DNA of 64,000 nt from an uncultured SAR116 cluster alpha proteobacterium (GCA_902539895.1 CACBMD010000003.1:8015-72014); one strand, 5' to 3'; positions 18,760 through 29,385 are shown, numbered from the stretch's first letter. Made by a program: numbers and translations. The notes: generated from the letters alone by a model not told the origin.

Positions 18760-19629
18760 TTAATTAAATTTCTTTCTGTTGCCCTTTGACCCTATAGAAT
18801 TAAATGAAGGGAATTTTTTAACAAAAATATTGTTATCAGAAACCGATAACTCATAATCCTTATCTATATTAAGATCTATGTCTGATAATGAAATCACTAA
18901 CCATTTTTTTAATTTCAATAAATCAGTAGATGAATAGTAAGACCAGCTATTCTGCTTGCCAAAACTTTGTTCATTAGTAATTTTGATAAATCCAGGAAAT
19001 TCATTTACCATTATATCTGTTAAATAGATGATATCTTTATCTTTAAAATTATAAAATTTAAAATTATAAACTTTCGAAATATTACTATAATTTTTCTGTT
19101 CTTTTAACTTTGCATCCAGAATTCTTAAGATACTACTCCCAAGTTGGTCAGACAATAGAATAACTTTTTCACTTAATAAAAGGTTTTCACAAATATCATC
19201 ACAATCCTTAGGAAACTTGATAATTTTCCTTGGAGTAGACCAAGTAGATATATAATTTTTTGTTTGGGTATTGTATATTTCTGAAGAAATATAAATACTT
19301 GATGAGAGTTTATTGATACGCTGATAATTTAGCTTCAAAGTAATCAATAATTCAGCATCAATAATGTCACTTAAAATATCCGAATTTTCAAGGAGCTTAT
19401 CTAAATTTTTTGTGTTTTTTAAATCTAAATTTTTGATAGACCTATTGCCATCTTTAATTACAAAACCGCTTTGATTAAGAGTTGATTGTATAGATATTTT
19501 GATAGATTTGTTGTTTTTATTTTCTCCTAATACATATAATGAAATTAATGGTTTTTGCTCAGCAGAATAAGCATTCATTGATATCAATGATAAAAATATT
19601 ATTAAAAATGTAGCTTTTATTTTATTCAT
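18760..19629 (-). CDS. Exported hypothetical protein, paralog of 19631..20386
   Basis: Start moved to 19629, giving signal peptide MNKIKATFLIIFLSLISMNAYSA; DIMVNEFPGFI...YYS...KLKKWL. Confidence 0.7.
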   Translation of the reverse strand: MNKIKATFLIIFLSLISMNAYSAEQKPLISLYVLGENKNNKSIKISIQSTLNQSGFVIKDGNRSIKNLDLKNTKNLDKLLENSDILSDIIDAELLITLKLNYQRINKLSSSIYISSEIYNTQTKNYISTWSTPRKIIKFPKDCDDICENLLLSEKVILLSDQLGSSILRILDAKLKEQKNYSNISKVYNFKFYNFKDKDIIYLTDIMVNEFPGFIKITNEQSFGKQNSWSYYSSTDLLKLKKWLVISLSDIDLNIDKDYELSVSDNNIFVKKFPSFNSIGSKGNRKKFN

Positions 19630-19630
19630 C

Positions 19631-20386
19631 TTATTCACAAACATAAAAATATTTTGATTTGCTGAGTTTGTTGATATCAATTTTTGATTTATAAACCTTA
19701 ATAAAAAAATCATCTGGACTAAAACCATATTCATTGATAGTCAGACCAAGCCATTTTTTAATTTTAAATATTGTAGAGACAGTATAGTAAGCTAATTTAG
19801 TTTTACTTTGTGTATTATGACCTTCAGTTTCCATGTGAATGAAACCTGGAAACTCTTTTTCCATCACATCAATAATTTTGTTACTCTCACATGAGTTGAA
19901 ATAATTTAGAGAGATGACGATTTTCTTTTCTTTTTTATCAACAAATTGTTTGTCGCCTATTACAAATTGGATACCGTTTTTCTTCATCTGCTCTAAGCTA
20001 GAGCTCACTAACATTTTAGCAATTGTTTCTACTTCCAAAAGGTTAGATTTTTTTTCAAAAGCAAGTGATCTAGAAAAAGCATATGTTTTATTATTAACTT
20101 TATTAACAATCTTTAATGTTGGGATTAAAAGCCAATCTTGATTGATGTTTTTATTTAACAAATCGAAATAAACTAGATATTCAGACTTTTTGATATCTAA
20201 AATTGTGACATAATTTTCATTAGAATTTTTCTTAGTTATAATCTGATTAGATAAAAACTCTTTTTCTAAAAAAATTAAAAAAGTTTTATTTAATAAATTG
20301 GTTTCTTGAGAGAATGAAGGGGTAACAAATAATAACAAAAGAATTGTAAAAATATTCTTGAAAAAAAAATTCTTAATCATTTTCAT
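19631..20386 (-). CDS. Exported hypothetical protein, paralog of 18760..19629
   Basis: Signal peptide; DVMEKEFPGFI...YYT...KIKKWL. Confidence 0.7.
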   Translation of the reverse strand: MKMIKNFFFKNIFTILLLLFVTPSFSQETNLLNKTFLIFLEKEFLSNQIITKKNSNENYVTILDIKKSEYLVYFDLLNKNINQDWLLIPTLKIVNKVNNKTYAFSRSLAFEKKSNLLEVETIAKMLVSSSLEQMKKNGIQFVIGDKQFVDKKEKKIVISLNYFNSCESNKIIDVMEKEFPGFIHMETEGHNTQSKTKLAYYTVSTIFKIKKWLGLTINEYGFSPDDFFIKVYKSKIDINKLSKSKYFYVCE

Positions 20387-20411
20387 TTTCCATTTTATTT
20401 AATCAATTTGT

Positions 20412-20435
20412 TTATGGAAAAAACAGGCAGTTTTT
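20412..20435 (-). promoter_or_regulatory. Shared promoter-like motif AAAAA-N13-CCATAA, copy 2
   Basis: 25 nt upstream of the ATG at 20386. Confidence 0.45.
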
Positions 20436-20613
20436 AGTAAATTAAACAAATTAATTTTTTATTTGGATGAGCGCTCTGAAGTAAAATATAAATTAATATT
20501 TATATTATTGTCTAATTTTCTATTAACATGTTATATTTATATTATATATTATTGTTTATTAAAAGTAATTAAATTTAATAATAAAAGTATTAATTTTTAA
20601 ATTCGGGTTAAAC

Positions 20614-21753
20614 ATGAAAAAATTTATTTTCCTTTCAATTATGATATTCTTTCCTTTGAACGCTTTTGCTGTATGTAATGCTGACACAACATTTGATGCG
20701 ACTGTGACTGTTGACATACCAAAACCAAAAGGTTTTTTTTCTGGAACTCCCAAACCATCACCTGATGTAATTTCTGAAGGTATCACAAAAGCTAAACAAA
20801 GTGTTTTACAAAAATTTATTAGTAAGTGTGTTACTGAAAGAAATAAATTAGACCAATATCTTAAAGTGAAAGAAACTATAGATTCACAAACTGATAGTTT
20901 TGTTAACGTTACTAAGTCAAAACAAGATCAAAAAGATCTTAAACTAAACGTTAAAGTCAGAGCCACAGTTAATGGTAAACTTTTTGAGTCCCTTCTATAT
21001 GGCGGAAATAACACAGCAAGTAGTTCTAATTCAGGTAAAAAGCGTAAAAGAATGGTTTCATTTTTTATAGCTAGAAAAGCAGAATCAACTGATACAAAAG
21101 TATATGATAATAAAGTTGCCAAAATTCAAAAAGTTGAAAAAGGAGTAGCTGCTGAAAAAAATGCTACTACAGACGGAACTACGACTGTCGTGAATAAAGA
21201 AGCCAGTGCTTTTAAAAAGACAGTTACAGGTGGAAGCACAGAAATAAAACAAAGATCTTCGGAAAGAGCATGGGTTATAATGCCTTCATCTGACTTGAAT
21301 AATAACATAGCCAAAACATTAAGTAACAATGGTTTTAGAGGTATTAGATATCCGTCATTTGCAAAAAGATGTGGTGCTCCTCCAAGTGATATAATTGAAG
21401 AAGAATTTTCTACACTGGATAAATTAACTGATGACACCGAAGCTGAAATATTTGATGCTATTGCCGAAAATGATAGATGTAACAAAATCATTGGTTTCGT
21501 TGCTATTGGTACCATTAATGTGAATACTGCACTTGTAGACAAAGTTAGTGGAAACTTTACAGTATCAGCAAGTATAAGAGTAGACATATCCCAAATAATT
21601 GATGGATTTCCTGAAGTAGTAGCATCTATCGGTCCAGTTCAGGTAAGATCACAAGGATTAGAAGACAATGAAGCTGAAAAAAATGCTTTAATAAAAGCTG
21701 GTGAGAAAGCTGCACAGGAAATTGTAAATAGCTTAAAAGCCCAAGGCATATAA
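20614..21753 (+). CDS. Exported protein, possibly FlgT/CsgG-like fold
   Basis: Signal peptide; VKVRATVN; C-terminal SQGLEDNEAEKNALIKAGEKAAQEIVNSL. Confidence 0.6.
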   Translation: MKKFIFLSIMIFFPLNAFAVCNADTTFDATVTVDIPKPKGFFSGTPKPSPDVISEGITKAKQSVLQKFISKCVTERNKLDQYLKVKETIDSQTDSFVNVTKSKQDQKDLKLNVKVRATVNGKLFESLLYGGNNTASSSNSGKKRKRMVSFFIARKAESTDTKVYDNKVAKIQKVEKGVAAEKNATTDGTTTVVNKEASAFKKTVTGGSTEIKQRSSERAWVIMPSSDLNNNIAKTLSNNGFRGIRYPSFAKRCGAPPSDIIEEEFSTLDKLTDDTEAEIFDAIAENDRCNKIIGFVAIGTINVNTALVDKVSGNFTVSASIRVDISQIIDGFPEVVASIGPVQVRSQGLEDNEAEKNALIKAGEKAAQEIVNSLKAQGI

Positions 21754-21768
21754 TTTTATAGGTAGGTA

Positions 21769-24522
21769 ATGTTAAAATCTTTTTTTTTACAGAAACGTTA
21801 CGTATTTGTTCTGTCATTTTTCTTCTTCTTTAATGCAAATGCAAATGAAGTTGAGAGAGTAAGGAATCTAGCTAATTCTGAGCCATTTGTTCTAGACAAT
21901 AAAACTGCATCTGAATTAGCACAAGATTTTATTTTAGATGCAGGAGTGTCTGAAGGTTGGAACGAAAATAAAGGGTTTTTTATTTCCATAGGAAGCAGTG
22001 TATTTGAAGAAGTAGATCCATCTACAAATCCTAACTTCTTGAACATTAGAGCAATGAAGGCTTTTGAGGCTAACATTACTGCTAAAGGCGACATCATATC
22101 ATATATTAGAACTACAATGTCAGCAGAAGACCTTATAACTATTCCTAGTTCTGGATTATCAACTGAATTTGATGAGAAAAAATATAACTTAGAATTGAAA
22201 TTACAAAGTAAAATTAGAAAATACAAAAAGGCTGCAATTAGCTACGATAAAACACTTAGTAATAATTTTAATAATATAGATGGTATATCTATTAGTGCCG
22301 TAATGGCTGGCCCACTATCTCAATTTATTTCAAAATTAAATATAAAAATAGATGCTTCCGGCAAAAAAAAAGCTAAAGATTTAAAAAAAGCTGAAGCAGA
22401 ACTTTTAGCCTTAGAGAGTGAAATAAGTTCTTTAAAACAACTAGCCAAAAAATTGCAAGGTCAGATTTCGCAAGAAAACACATCCTCTGTCAAGACATTA
22501 TCATCGATGACACTTGTAGGTGCGTATCAAGTTGCTCATTTCGAGTCATTTGTAGACGGACAATATGAAATTGCAGTAATAAAGATGTGGTCTCCTGAGC
22601 AAGAACATAGGTCTCTAGCACTTTTGAAGGGAGTTCCAATAAAGCTTGAACCAGGAAGTATGAGTGTTAAGGATTATATAAAAACAACTAATTGGGCATC
22701 AGCAATTGGTGGTAGAAAATTTATAGATGATAAAGGTGAGTTTTTTTTATTTGGTATTGGAGCAACACCAATTAAAGGCAAATCATCTGCACAAATGAGG
22801 ACAGCAAAAGGAAGAGCTGAGTTATTTGCACAAAAGGAACTTGCACTTGCACTTAAAGGTGATATTACTCTAAGTAGAGAGGCCAAAGATAAGCTTCAAG
22901 AAATTTCTAAAGCTGATGGTGCTACTGAAAATCAAGTAGCAAGCTCATTTGCAGAAACAATTTCGCAAAAGCTTGAAAACCTTCAAATTCAAGGTGCTTC
23001 AAAAAGATTTAGTGACATTGTCACCCACCCTATTACTAATCAAAAAATGTATGTGGCTGTTTATTCATTATCTGTTTCATCTACGTTAAATGCCAGAGCT
23101 ATGGAAGCATCACAATATTCTGCTACTGTTAATATGATAAATGAAAATCAAAAATCTAAAGGTGTTAAAACTGCACTTGACAAAGCAACTGATGATGCCA
23201 AAAAAGATAAAACTTCTTTTCAAAAGGGATTTAAAGAAGGTCAGGCTAAATCAAAACCACAATCTGAAAATTCAGTAAAATTATCAAGTAAAAATTCAAA
23301 CACAACACCTACAACTGAATCAAATTCCAGAAGTAAACTAACTGTAGTTTCAGTCTCAATTACTGGAGTGGGTTTTAATTCTAAAGACGCTATTAAGGAT
23401 GGTCTTGTACAAGCAATTTCTCAGGTGAATGGCCTTCAAATGTCATCTCAGACATCTTCTAGCATGGCTTCTTTTGAAACAGTTAAAGATGGAGATGAAA
23501 CTTTTGCTTCCTCTTCATCCTTTCAAGAAAAAATAAAACAAAGCACAAAAGGTGTTATCCAGAGCTGGCAGATCATATCAGTTGGGAAAAATCAATCTGG
23601 GGAAATGTTTGAAGCTAAATTGAATGTGAATGTATCAAAATTACAGCTATCTTCAGAACTTAAAAGAATGAGATTTGTCGTCTCACCAGTCAAAATCAAT
23701 AATCAAATAAAAGATAGATCCTTAGCGAAAAGTTTCGAGAAAATATTTAATCCACAACTGAGATCAATGCTTGTTAAAAGTAATAGGTTTGCCCTGTTGG
23801 TTAGAAAAAACTCAAAAGAAATTGATAAAGAGATAAATTTTATTAAAGGCTCAAATGTAAGAACTGAAGAATTAGCAAAATTAGGTAATAAAGTTGGTGC
23901 TGATTATATTATAGTTACTTCTCTACAAAATATTAAAAATAAAACTATAAAAACAAAACTGATGGGAGAGACAATATCAACCAAACAATCTGAAATAGAT
24001 TTAACTGTTAGCATTGTTGATATTGCAACATCACAAATCATCTTCTCTGATAATATGTCACTATCACAAGCCGGAGGAAGTTTATCTAAGTTTTCTAAAT
24101 TAATTGCTGAGAGATTAGCAAGAAAAATAACTGACACCTTTTTTCCTGCTAAACTTATAGCCTTCAAGAACAATAAATTGACTGTTGACCAAGGTAATAG
24201 CTTTTTTAATAAAAAAAATACTTATAATATCATTAAGTTAGGACCAAGGATCATAGATCAAACATTAAACCAATTTTCTGGAAGGGTTGAGAATATTGTT
24301 GGTAAAGCGCAATTTCTAGAAGGTTCATCTAAGCAATCCATTTTAAAATTAATTAGTTTAGAAGATAAAGAAACTTCATTAGATGCACAACAAGGTATAA
24401 TTATAAGACCAATATTTGAAAAACTCCCTTCTGCTTCTGACATTGCTAAAGAAAAAATTAAAAGAATTAAAGCAAAAAACAAAAAAATGATGAAAAAAAT
24501 TGATAAAGATAAAGACTGGTAA
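21769..24522 (+). CDS. Large exported multidomain protein: N-half paralogous to 24943..26535, C-half FlgT-N/LPP20-like plus CsgG/HfaB-like
   Basis: Signal peptide; TGVGFNSKDAIKDGLVQAISQVNG; LVKSNRFALLVR...LAKLGNKVGADYII; ends DKDW. Confidence 0.7.
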   Translation: MLKSFFLQKRYVFVLSFFFFFNANANEVERVRNLANSEPFVLDNKTASELAQDFILDAGVSEGWNENKGFFISIGSSVFEEVDPSTNPNFLNIRAMKAFEANITAKGDIISYIRTTMSAEDLITIPSSGLSTEFDEKKYNLELKLQSKIRKYKKAAISYDKTLSNNFNNIDGISISAVMAGPLSQFISKLNIKIDASGKKKAKDLKKAEAELLALESEISSLKQLAKKLQGQISQENTSSVKTLSSMTLVGAYQVAHFESFVDGQYEIAVIKMWSPEQEHRSLALLKGVPIKLEPGSMSVKDYIKTTNWASAIGGRKFIDDKGEFFLFGIGATPIKGKSSAQMRTAKGRAELFAQKELALALKGDITLSREAKDKLQEISKADGATENQVASSFAETISQKLENLQIQGASKRFSDIVTHPITNQKMYVAVYSLSVSSTLNARAMEASQYSATVNMINENQKSKGVKTALDKATDDAKKDKTSFQKGFKEGQAKSKPQSENSVKLSSKNSNTTPTTESNSRSKLTVVSVSITGVGFNSKDAIKDGLVQAISQVNGLQMSSQTSSSMASFETVKDGDETFASSSSFQEKIKQSTKGVIQSWQIISVGKNQSGEMFEAKLNVNVSKLQLSSELKRMRFVVSPVKINNQIKDRSLAKSFEKIFNPQLRSMLVKSNRFALLVRKNSKEIDKEINFIKGSNVRTEELAKLGNKVGADYIIVTSLQNIKNKTIKTKLMGETISTKQSEIDLTVSIVDIATSQIIFSDNMSLSQAGGSLSKFSKLIAERLARKITDTFFPAKLIAFKNNKLTVDQGNSFFNKKNTYNIIKLGPRIIDQTLNQFSGRVENIVGKAQFLEGSSKQSILKLISLEDKETSLDAQQGIIIRPIFEKLPSASDIAKEKIKRIKAKNKKMMKKIDKDKDW

Positions 24523-24525
24523 AAA

Positions 24526-24933
24526 ATGAAAAAAATTTTAATAATATTTATTTTTGTTATTTTTAATTTTTCTAGTTTAGCTTCAACCATTAAAAATGAA
24601 TTTGAAAAAATTAGAAATAATGATTTTAAAAATTCTAAAGTTTTTGAAACTAAAAATTTTTATTTTTCTCAGATTATTTATAAATGGGAAAAAGGATCTA
24701 GTAGGAAATTATTATCTAGACAAGGAATGTTTGATTCCATAAACCAGTTCAAATCTTTCTTTATTAATACCTCTAAATTTTTTAACAAAAAAGAAATTAA
24801 CGTTTCAAATAAGTCAAAACTAAATTTTAAAAATTCCAGGAAAATTGAAGATAGAAGATTTAAAGATAAATATATTGTGGTTTTCGCCTTTCCTAAAAAG
24901 GAATTATTTTTTAAAAAATATAATATTAATTAG
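24526..24933 (+). CDS. Small exported hypothetical protein
   Basis: Signal peptide; in operon. Confidence 0.65.
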   Translation: MKKILIIFIFVIFNFSSLASTIKNEFEKIRNNDFKNSKVFETKNFYFSQIIYKWEKGSSRKLLSRQGMFDSINQFKSFFINTSKFFNKKEINVSNKSKLNFKNSRKIEDRRFKDKYIVVFAFPKKELFFKKYNIN

Positions 24934-24942
24934 GAGTATTTT

Positions 24943-26535
24943 ATGAAAATTTTAATTAAAATAATTTTAATTTTAATAATTTCAATATCAAGCCACTCTT
25001 ACGCAGTTGCATCGCAAACAACTAATGAAGTAATTGATAAGACACAAAAATCCGAAGCACCTCTTTATAGCGAAAGCGCATCATCAGAAGACTTAGCACA
25101 AGAGTTTTTAAACGAAGTTGGCCTAACTGAGGGTGACAATGATGGCTTGTTTGTGGCTGTGGGAACAGCAGTTTTGCCTGAGCCCGATCCTGCAAGTAAT
25201 CCCGACTTCCTAACAATGAGAAGAATTAAAGCTTCTGAGGCATCTCTTGAAGCTAAAAGACAATTTATAGAGTTTATAAGAACCACTATGTCAGCAGAGG
25301 ATGTTGTAACCATGCCAGAGTCACCCTTCTCTACTGAATTTGATAACAAAATGAAGGCTACACAGAATAAAATTAATAAGGCATTCAGAAACTATAAACT
25401 TGCTCTTAGGAAAGCAAATAAAGCGGAGGCTGCTAAGTTCAATGGAGTTGATTTTTCAGTGTTAGCTAAGGAAGGAATTACTGCGACTATTAAAAGAATA
25501 AACCCAGAATTTGACGCAAGCAAAGTTGAGAAAAAACTAGTAGATGATCTTGCAAAAGCAAAAGCAGATTTAGAAGCAACTGAGACTGATCTAAATAATT
25601 TAAAAAATGAATTAGAAACCCTTAGAGGATCTCTGCAACAAGAAAATGTGAGTTCTATTGAAACATTTTCAAAAATGAATGTGGTGGGTCTCGTTCCTAT
25701 AGCAAGCTTTGAATCTTGGGATGGAGAACAATATGCTACAACAATTGTTAGTATATGGACTACAAAAGAAGAAGAAAGAGCAAGAATGCTCTATTCTGGT
25801 CAAGACGTGGCTTATGACCCAGGTTCTTTATCTGTGAAAGATTTTATAAATTCTACAGATTGGTCTACAGCACAAGGTGTAAGGAAATTTTTTGATGACA
25901 AAGGTAACTTCTGGTTAATATCAATTGGTTCCAGTCCCATTAAAGGTAAATCCTCTAAAGCTACAAGAACAGCAAAAGGACAAGCACAATTGAGCGCTCA
26001 AAAGCAAATAGCATTTGTATTATTTTCAGAAGCTTCTTCTAGAAGAAGTGCTAAAGAAAAATTACAAGAAGTTACTACCGGGAATGTAGGTGAAACAGAA
26101 AATCAGTCAGTAACATCTTTTGCTGAAACTATTTCTCAAAAAGTTGAAGACCTTGATATTCAAGGTATGTCTCAACTAAAAGGAAAAAAATATACACACC
26201 CTATCTCAGGCCAGGAAATGTTTGTATCGATTTATGGGATTTCATCTAAAGCAGTTAGACAAGCTCAATTAATGGAAGCATCTCAAGCAAGAATCACTCA
26301 AGATATGATCAGAGAAAATCAAAGATCTAAGGGAGTAAAAGCAGGCTTTGATAAAGCAATTGATGATGCAAAAAAAGATAAATCTTCTTTTCAAAAAGGA
26401 TTTAAAGAAGGTCAAGCCAAAGCAAAAACACAATCCAATGCTTCTAAAAAACCATCAAGCTCAAATACAACATCTGGTGGCAATTCAAAAGGTGGCTTTA
26501 AAGGAGCAGGAACTGGCTCTAGTGCATTTAAATAA
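24943..26535 (+). CDS. Exported coiled-coil protein, paralog of the N-half of 21769..24522
   Basis: Signal peptide; shared IRTTMSAED, GxRKFxDDKGxF, SFAETISQK, MEASQ blocks; Gly/Ser-rich tail. Confidence 0.75.
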   Translation: MKILIKIILILIISISSHSYAVASQTTNEVIDKTQKSEAPLYSESASSEDLAQEFLNEVGLTEGDNDGLFVAVGTAVLPEPDPASNPDFLTMRRIKASEASLEAKRQFIEFIRTTMSAEDVVTMPESPFSTEFDNKMKATQNKINKAFRNYKLALRKANKAEAAKFNGVDFSVLAKEGITATIKRINPEFDASKVEKKLVDDLAKAKADLEATETDLNNLKNELETLRGSLQQENVSSIETFSKMNVVGLVPIASFESWDGEQYATTIVSIWTTKEEERARMLYSGQDVAYDPGSLSVKDFINSTDWSTAQGVRKFFDDKGNFWLISIGSSPIKGKSSKATRTAKGQAQLSAQKQIAFVLFSEASSRRSAKEKLQEVTTGNVGETENQSVTSFAETISQKVEDLDIQGMSQLKGKKYTHPISGQEMFVSIYGISSKAVRQAQLMEASQARITQDMIRENQRSKGVKAGFDKAIDDAKKDKSSFQKGFKEGQAKAKTQSNASKKPSSSNTTSGGNSKGGFKGAGTGSSAFK

Positions 26536-26556
26536 TTAACTGACAAGGATGAAACA

Positions 26557-28068
26557 ATGTTAAAATTTCTTAAGAACTTTTTTTATATATTTTTAATTTT
26601 AGCTATATCAAAAAATGTCCATGCTTTTGATCTCAAAGCACTTACTGATAAAATTCAAAAGGACGTTGGTGAAAAACTAAAAATCCCCCAAACTAATTCT
26701 GGATCTAATCCATTAGGAGGAATGCTCAAAGGATTAAACCAAAACAAAAGTTCAACAAATATGAACACTAGTGAACAAAGTATATCTGGCACTAATTCAA
26801 ATACAAAACTAGCTAAACAAATGTGTGAACCCACTATACCTCAAACTATTAAAAATCTACCAAAGCCAAATGTTGCTTTAGTTGAAAATGATTTTGGAAA
26901 AAAAAGGAGTGAAATTGTCAAAATCTTGAACTCCATACCATCTTCAAGCGATGACCCATATGTTTCCTCACTAAAAACATTTGATGGTGCTTTCGAAACA
27001 AAAGAAATTGAAATTCTTTTTAATAAATTTTTAAAAAAGAAAAGTATAGACGATCTTGCTGCTATCAGAGCTATTTCTGACATGAAACCTGGTTTTAATA
27101 GTAATAAAAAACAGATAAAAGCTGATGCTCTTTTTGCATATGGTCTTGTTCATTATTATTTAAGAGATACTGGTGGGTTAAAAAACCTTGGAATACAATA
27201 TATATCTCAAGCTACTAAAGGACCAGATAACATTGGTGCCCTTACTGTTTATGGTGCATGGCAATTTTACGGCATAAATGTAAAACAAAATATTCAATCT
27301 GGAAATATGAATGCTCTAACAGGTTATCAAAGAGCAGATGATAAAAAAAGAAAACTAAACACTGACGGACCTTTTAAAGGGTTAAATGCTTTTAAATGGG
27401 CTGAGACTGTTTTTTTTGAAATAGCTGCCGATGATAGAAATCCTTACAAACAACAATATCAATCACAGTTAGCTGATGCTAGAAGAATGAATAAGCAAGT
27501 TATGGCAGAACTAGCTAAATCCGATAAAAATGACCCTAAAAGTGGTTGGTGGCCATTTATTATAGAACAGCAAAACAGACAACATGCTATACTTGACGCA
27601 TTAGGTGAAAATTTAGGCTTAGGTGAGCAATTAAGCGAACTTAAAGCTCAATATGCTGTTCTAGCCAGCAAGGTTGCGACTGATAACAAGTTAGTTGAAA
27701 GAATGGTTATAATTAATGAAGAAATGAATTCTAGAGTCCAAGAAGCCCTTAGTGCATCAAAAAAAGTTGATGAACAAGGAAAAATTCAAATTGCAAACCT
27801 CTCTCATGATAATGAGGTATTACTTCTCAGAAATCAAAAATTAACACTTGAACTTGCTAGGGGTATGATGGCATCTGGTGGATTTGGTAGAGGCTTTTAT
27901 GAATTTGTAAGAATGGTAGGTGTAGCTGGTAAGAATGAAAAAGTTTCATGTGAAGTTTACTCTGGTGTCAAATCTTATGCATCAAGAACTAAAATCACCC
28001 TACCAAAGCCGGTTACGACTGAAAATACAAAATTCAGAAGCAAGTTCAGGAAAAAAAGAGATAGTTAA
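26557..28068 (+). CDS. Exported helical protein with Sel1-like repeats
   Basis: Signal peptide; ADALFAYGLVHYY and ALTVYGAWQFYGINVKQN. Confidence 0.6.
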   Translation: MLKFLKNFFYIFLILAISKNVHAFDLKALTDKIQKDVGEKLKIPQTNSGSNPLGGMLKGLNQNKSSTNMNTSEQSISGTNSNTKLAKQMCEPTIPQTIKNLPKPNVALVENDFGKKRSEIVKILNSIPSSSDDPYVSSLKTFDGAFETKEIEILFNKFLKKKSIDDLAAIRAISDMKPGFNSNKKQIKADALFAYGLVHYYLRDTGGLKNLGIQYISQATKGPDNIGALTVYGAWQFYGINVKQNIQSGNMNALTGYQRADDKKRKLNTDGPFKGLNAFKWAETVFFEIAADDRNPYKQQYQSQLADARRMNKQVMAELAKSDKNDPKSGWWPFIIEQQNRQHAILDALGENLGLGEQLSELKAQYAVLASKVATDNKLVERMVIINEEMNSRVQEALSASKKVDEQGKIQIANLSHDNEVLLLRNQKLTLELARGMMASGGFGRGFYEFVRMVGVAGKNEKVSCEVYSGVKSYASRTKITLPKPVTTENTKFRSKFRKKRDS

Positions 28069-28069
28069 G

Positions 28070-29356
28070 CTAAAAGGTATTTACCTGAGGAAGTGCATTC
28101 AAAACAAGCTCTGATTGGTTATACACTTCTTCAGGTTTATCGGTATCTAACTGAAATATTGCAGAGCTGTACCGAGATTGAAAACTATCCCCTGATATGA
28201 TTTTATTTCTATAATTTTTATCTTTGATACTTAAAAATGCTCTTTCTAATAGAGCTTCAGAAAGTTCACAAACATTAGCAGCATCTGAACGCATAATTTT
28301 ATTTTTGTTTTCAATATAAGTCTTTTCAGCAAAGAAATATTGTTTGTATAAAACTTTTTCATCAAAATTATCATATATTTCAATTTCTATAGCCATGCCT
28401 AAGCTAACTTTTAACAGAGATTTAGCATTTTCTTGGAATGTTTCTTCTGCAAATTCCCATCCTTGATGATAAATTTTGATTTCTAAATCAGGGTTGGGTA
28501 ATTTTACATCAATTTTATTATAGAGCTTAGTTGTAAAATCAAACCTACTAATTGTTGTATTTGTTAAAGCAGCATTCATCATAAACGGTAAAATTGGACT
28601 TTCTAATTTATAGCCGAAAGCAAAAGTTGATGACTGACCTAAAAAACTAATAAACTGATTTTTTGAAAGACCAAAATTATTAAAAAGATTATTACCATCT
28701 TCAGCAAGACTTACTAAGACCACCCTTGGTTTTTTGCCTTCCCATTCTTTTTTCTTAAATGACTGTTTACCAACCATAATTCTAAATTGTTCTAACATTG
28801 TAGATTGTGGATTTGATGAATTATAAAAAGCTCTTTTCATAAGCTCTGCTTTTATATCAGGGTACTTAGCTTTTTCTTTTTCAGATATCAAATTAGTAGA
28901 AATTGCTCTTACTGGAACAGAAGATATTATAACCCTATCGTAAACATTATATAATAAACTTTGCCCAAAGGAATACATCAGGTAAGCAGTTTTATTAATC
29001 TCATTATCTTTGAACTCTCCAAAATCAAATTCAGCAGAGAAACCGTATGTAAAAGCTAAAGTAGCATCCTTAGCGAAACCTTCTAATCGTATATCAATAT
29101 TTTTAATGGGTTTTTCTTTTAAGCTTTTGTTTAAGTAAGAATTAAAATATGAAGCATCATCAACATCACTTTTAAACTCTGAAGCAACTTTAGTTATTGG
29201 CATTAATGTTTCTATTTCATTGAACGGAAGCAAGAAACTTACCCCTGCCCAATTAACAGGCCCTGAATAATTTTCTGCATAACTTTTAAAGGAAAAAGAA
29301 CTCGCAAGGATTGTTGACGTTAAAAGTTTAGTAAAATTTCTTCTTTTTATTTTCAC
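28070..29356 (-). CDS. Hypothetical protein with twin-arginine (Tat) signal peptide
   Basis: Probable GTG start at 29356 gives MKIKRRNFTKLL...SYA. Confidence 0.65.
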   Translation of the reverse strand: MKIKRRNFTKLLTSTILASSFSFKSYAENYSGPVNWAGVSFLLPFNEIETLMPITKVASEFKSDVDDASYFNSYLNKSLKEKPIKNIDIRLEGFAKDATLAFTYGFSAEFDFGEFKDNEINKTAYLMYSFGQSLLYNVYDRVIISSVPVRAISTNLISEKEKAKYPDIKAELMKRAFYNSSNPQSTMLEQFRIMVGKQSFKKKEWEGKKPRVVLVSLAEDGNNLFNNFGLSKNQFISFLGQSSTFAFGYKLESPILPFMMNAALTNTTISRFDFTTKLYNKIDVKLPNPDLEIKIYHQGWEFAEETFQENAKSLLKVSLGMAIEIEIYDNFDEKVLYKQYFFAEKTYIENKNKIMRSDAANVCELSEALLERAFLSIKDKNYRNKIISGDSFQSRYSSAIFQLDTDKPEEVYNQSELVLNALPQVNTF

Positions 29357-29385
29357 TATATTAGCCTGAAAGTTTAGACCAAATA

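Noticed and set aside
20471-20479. GCGCTCTGA, a partial match to the tRNA-Arg att core
   Set aside because: Only 9 bp, on the wrong side of the tRNA, and without arm-like repeats.
21769-24522. Curli secretion or flagellar H-ring operon
   Set aside because: No CsgA/B repeat proteins, CsgE/F or flagellar genes in the window; the CsgG-like domain is fused in a non-lipoprotein.
20928-26539. Numerous antisense or alternate-frame ORFs of 60-155 aa, here and throughout the window
   Set aside because: They lie wholly or largely within longer, well-supported genes; typical shadow ORFs.
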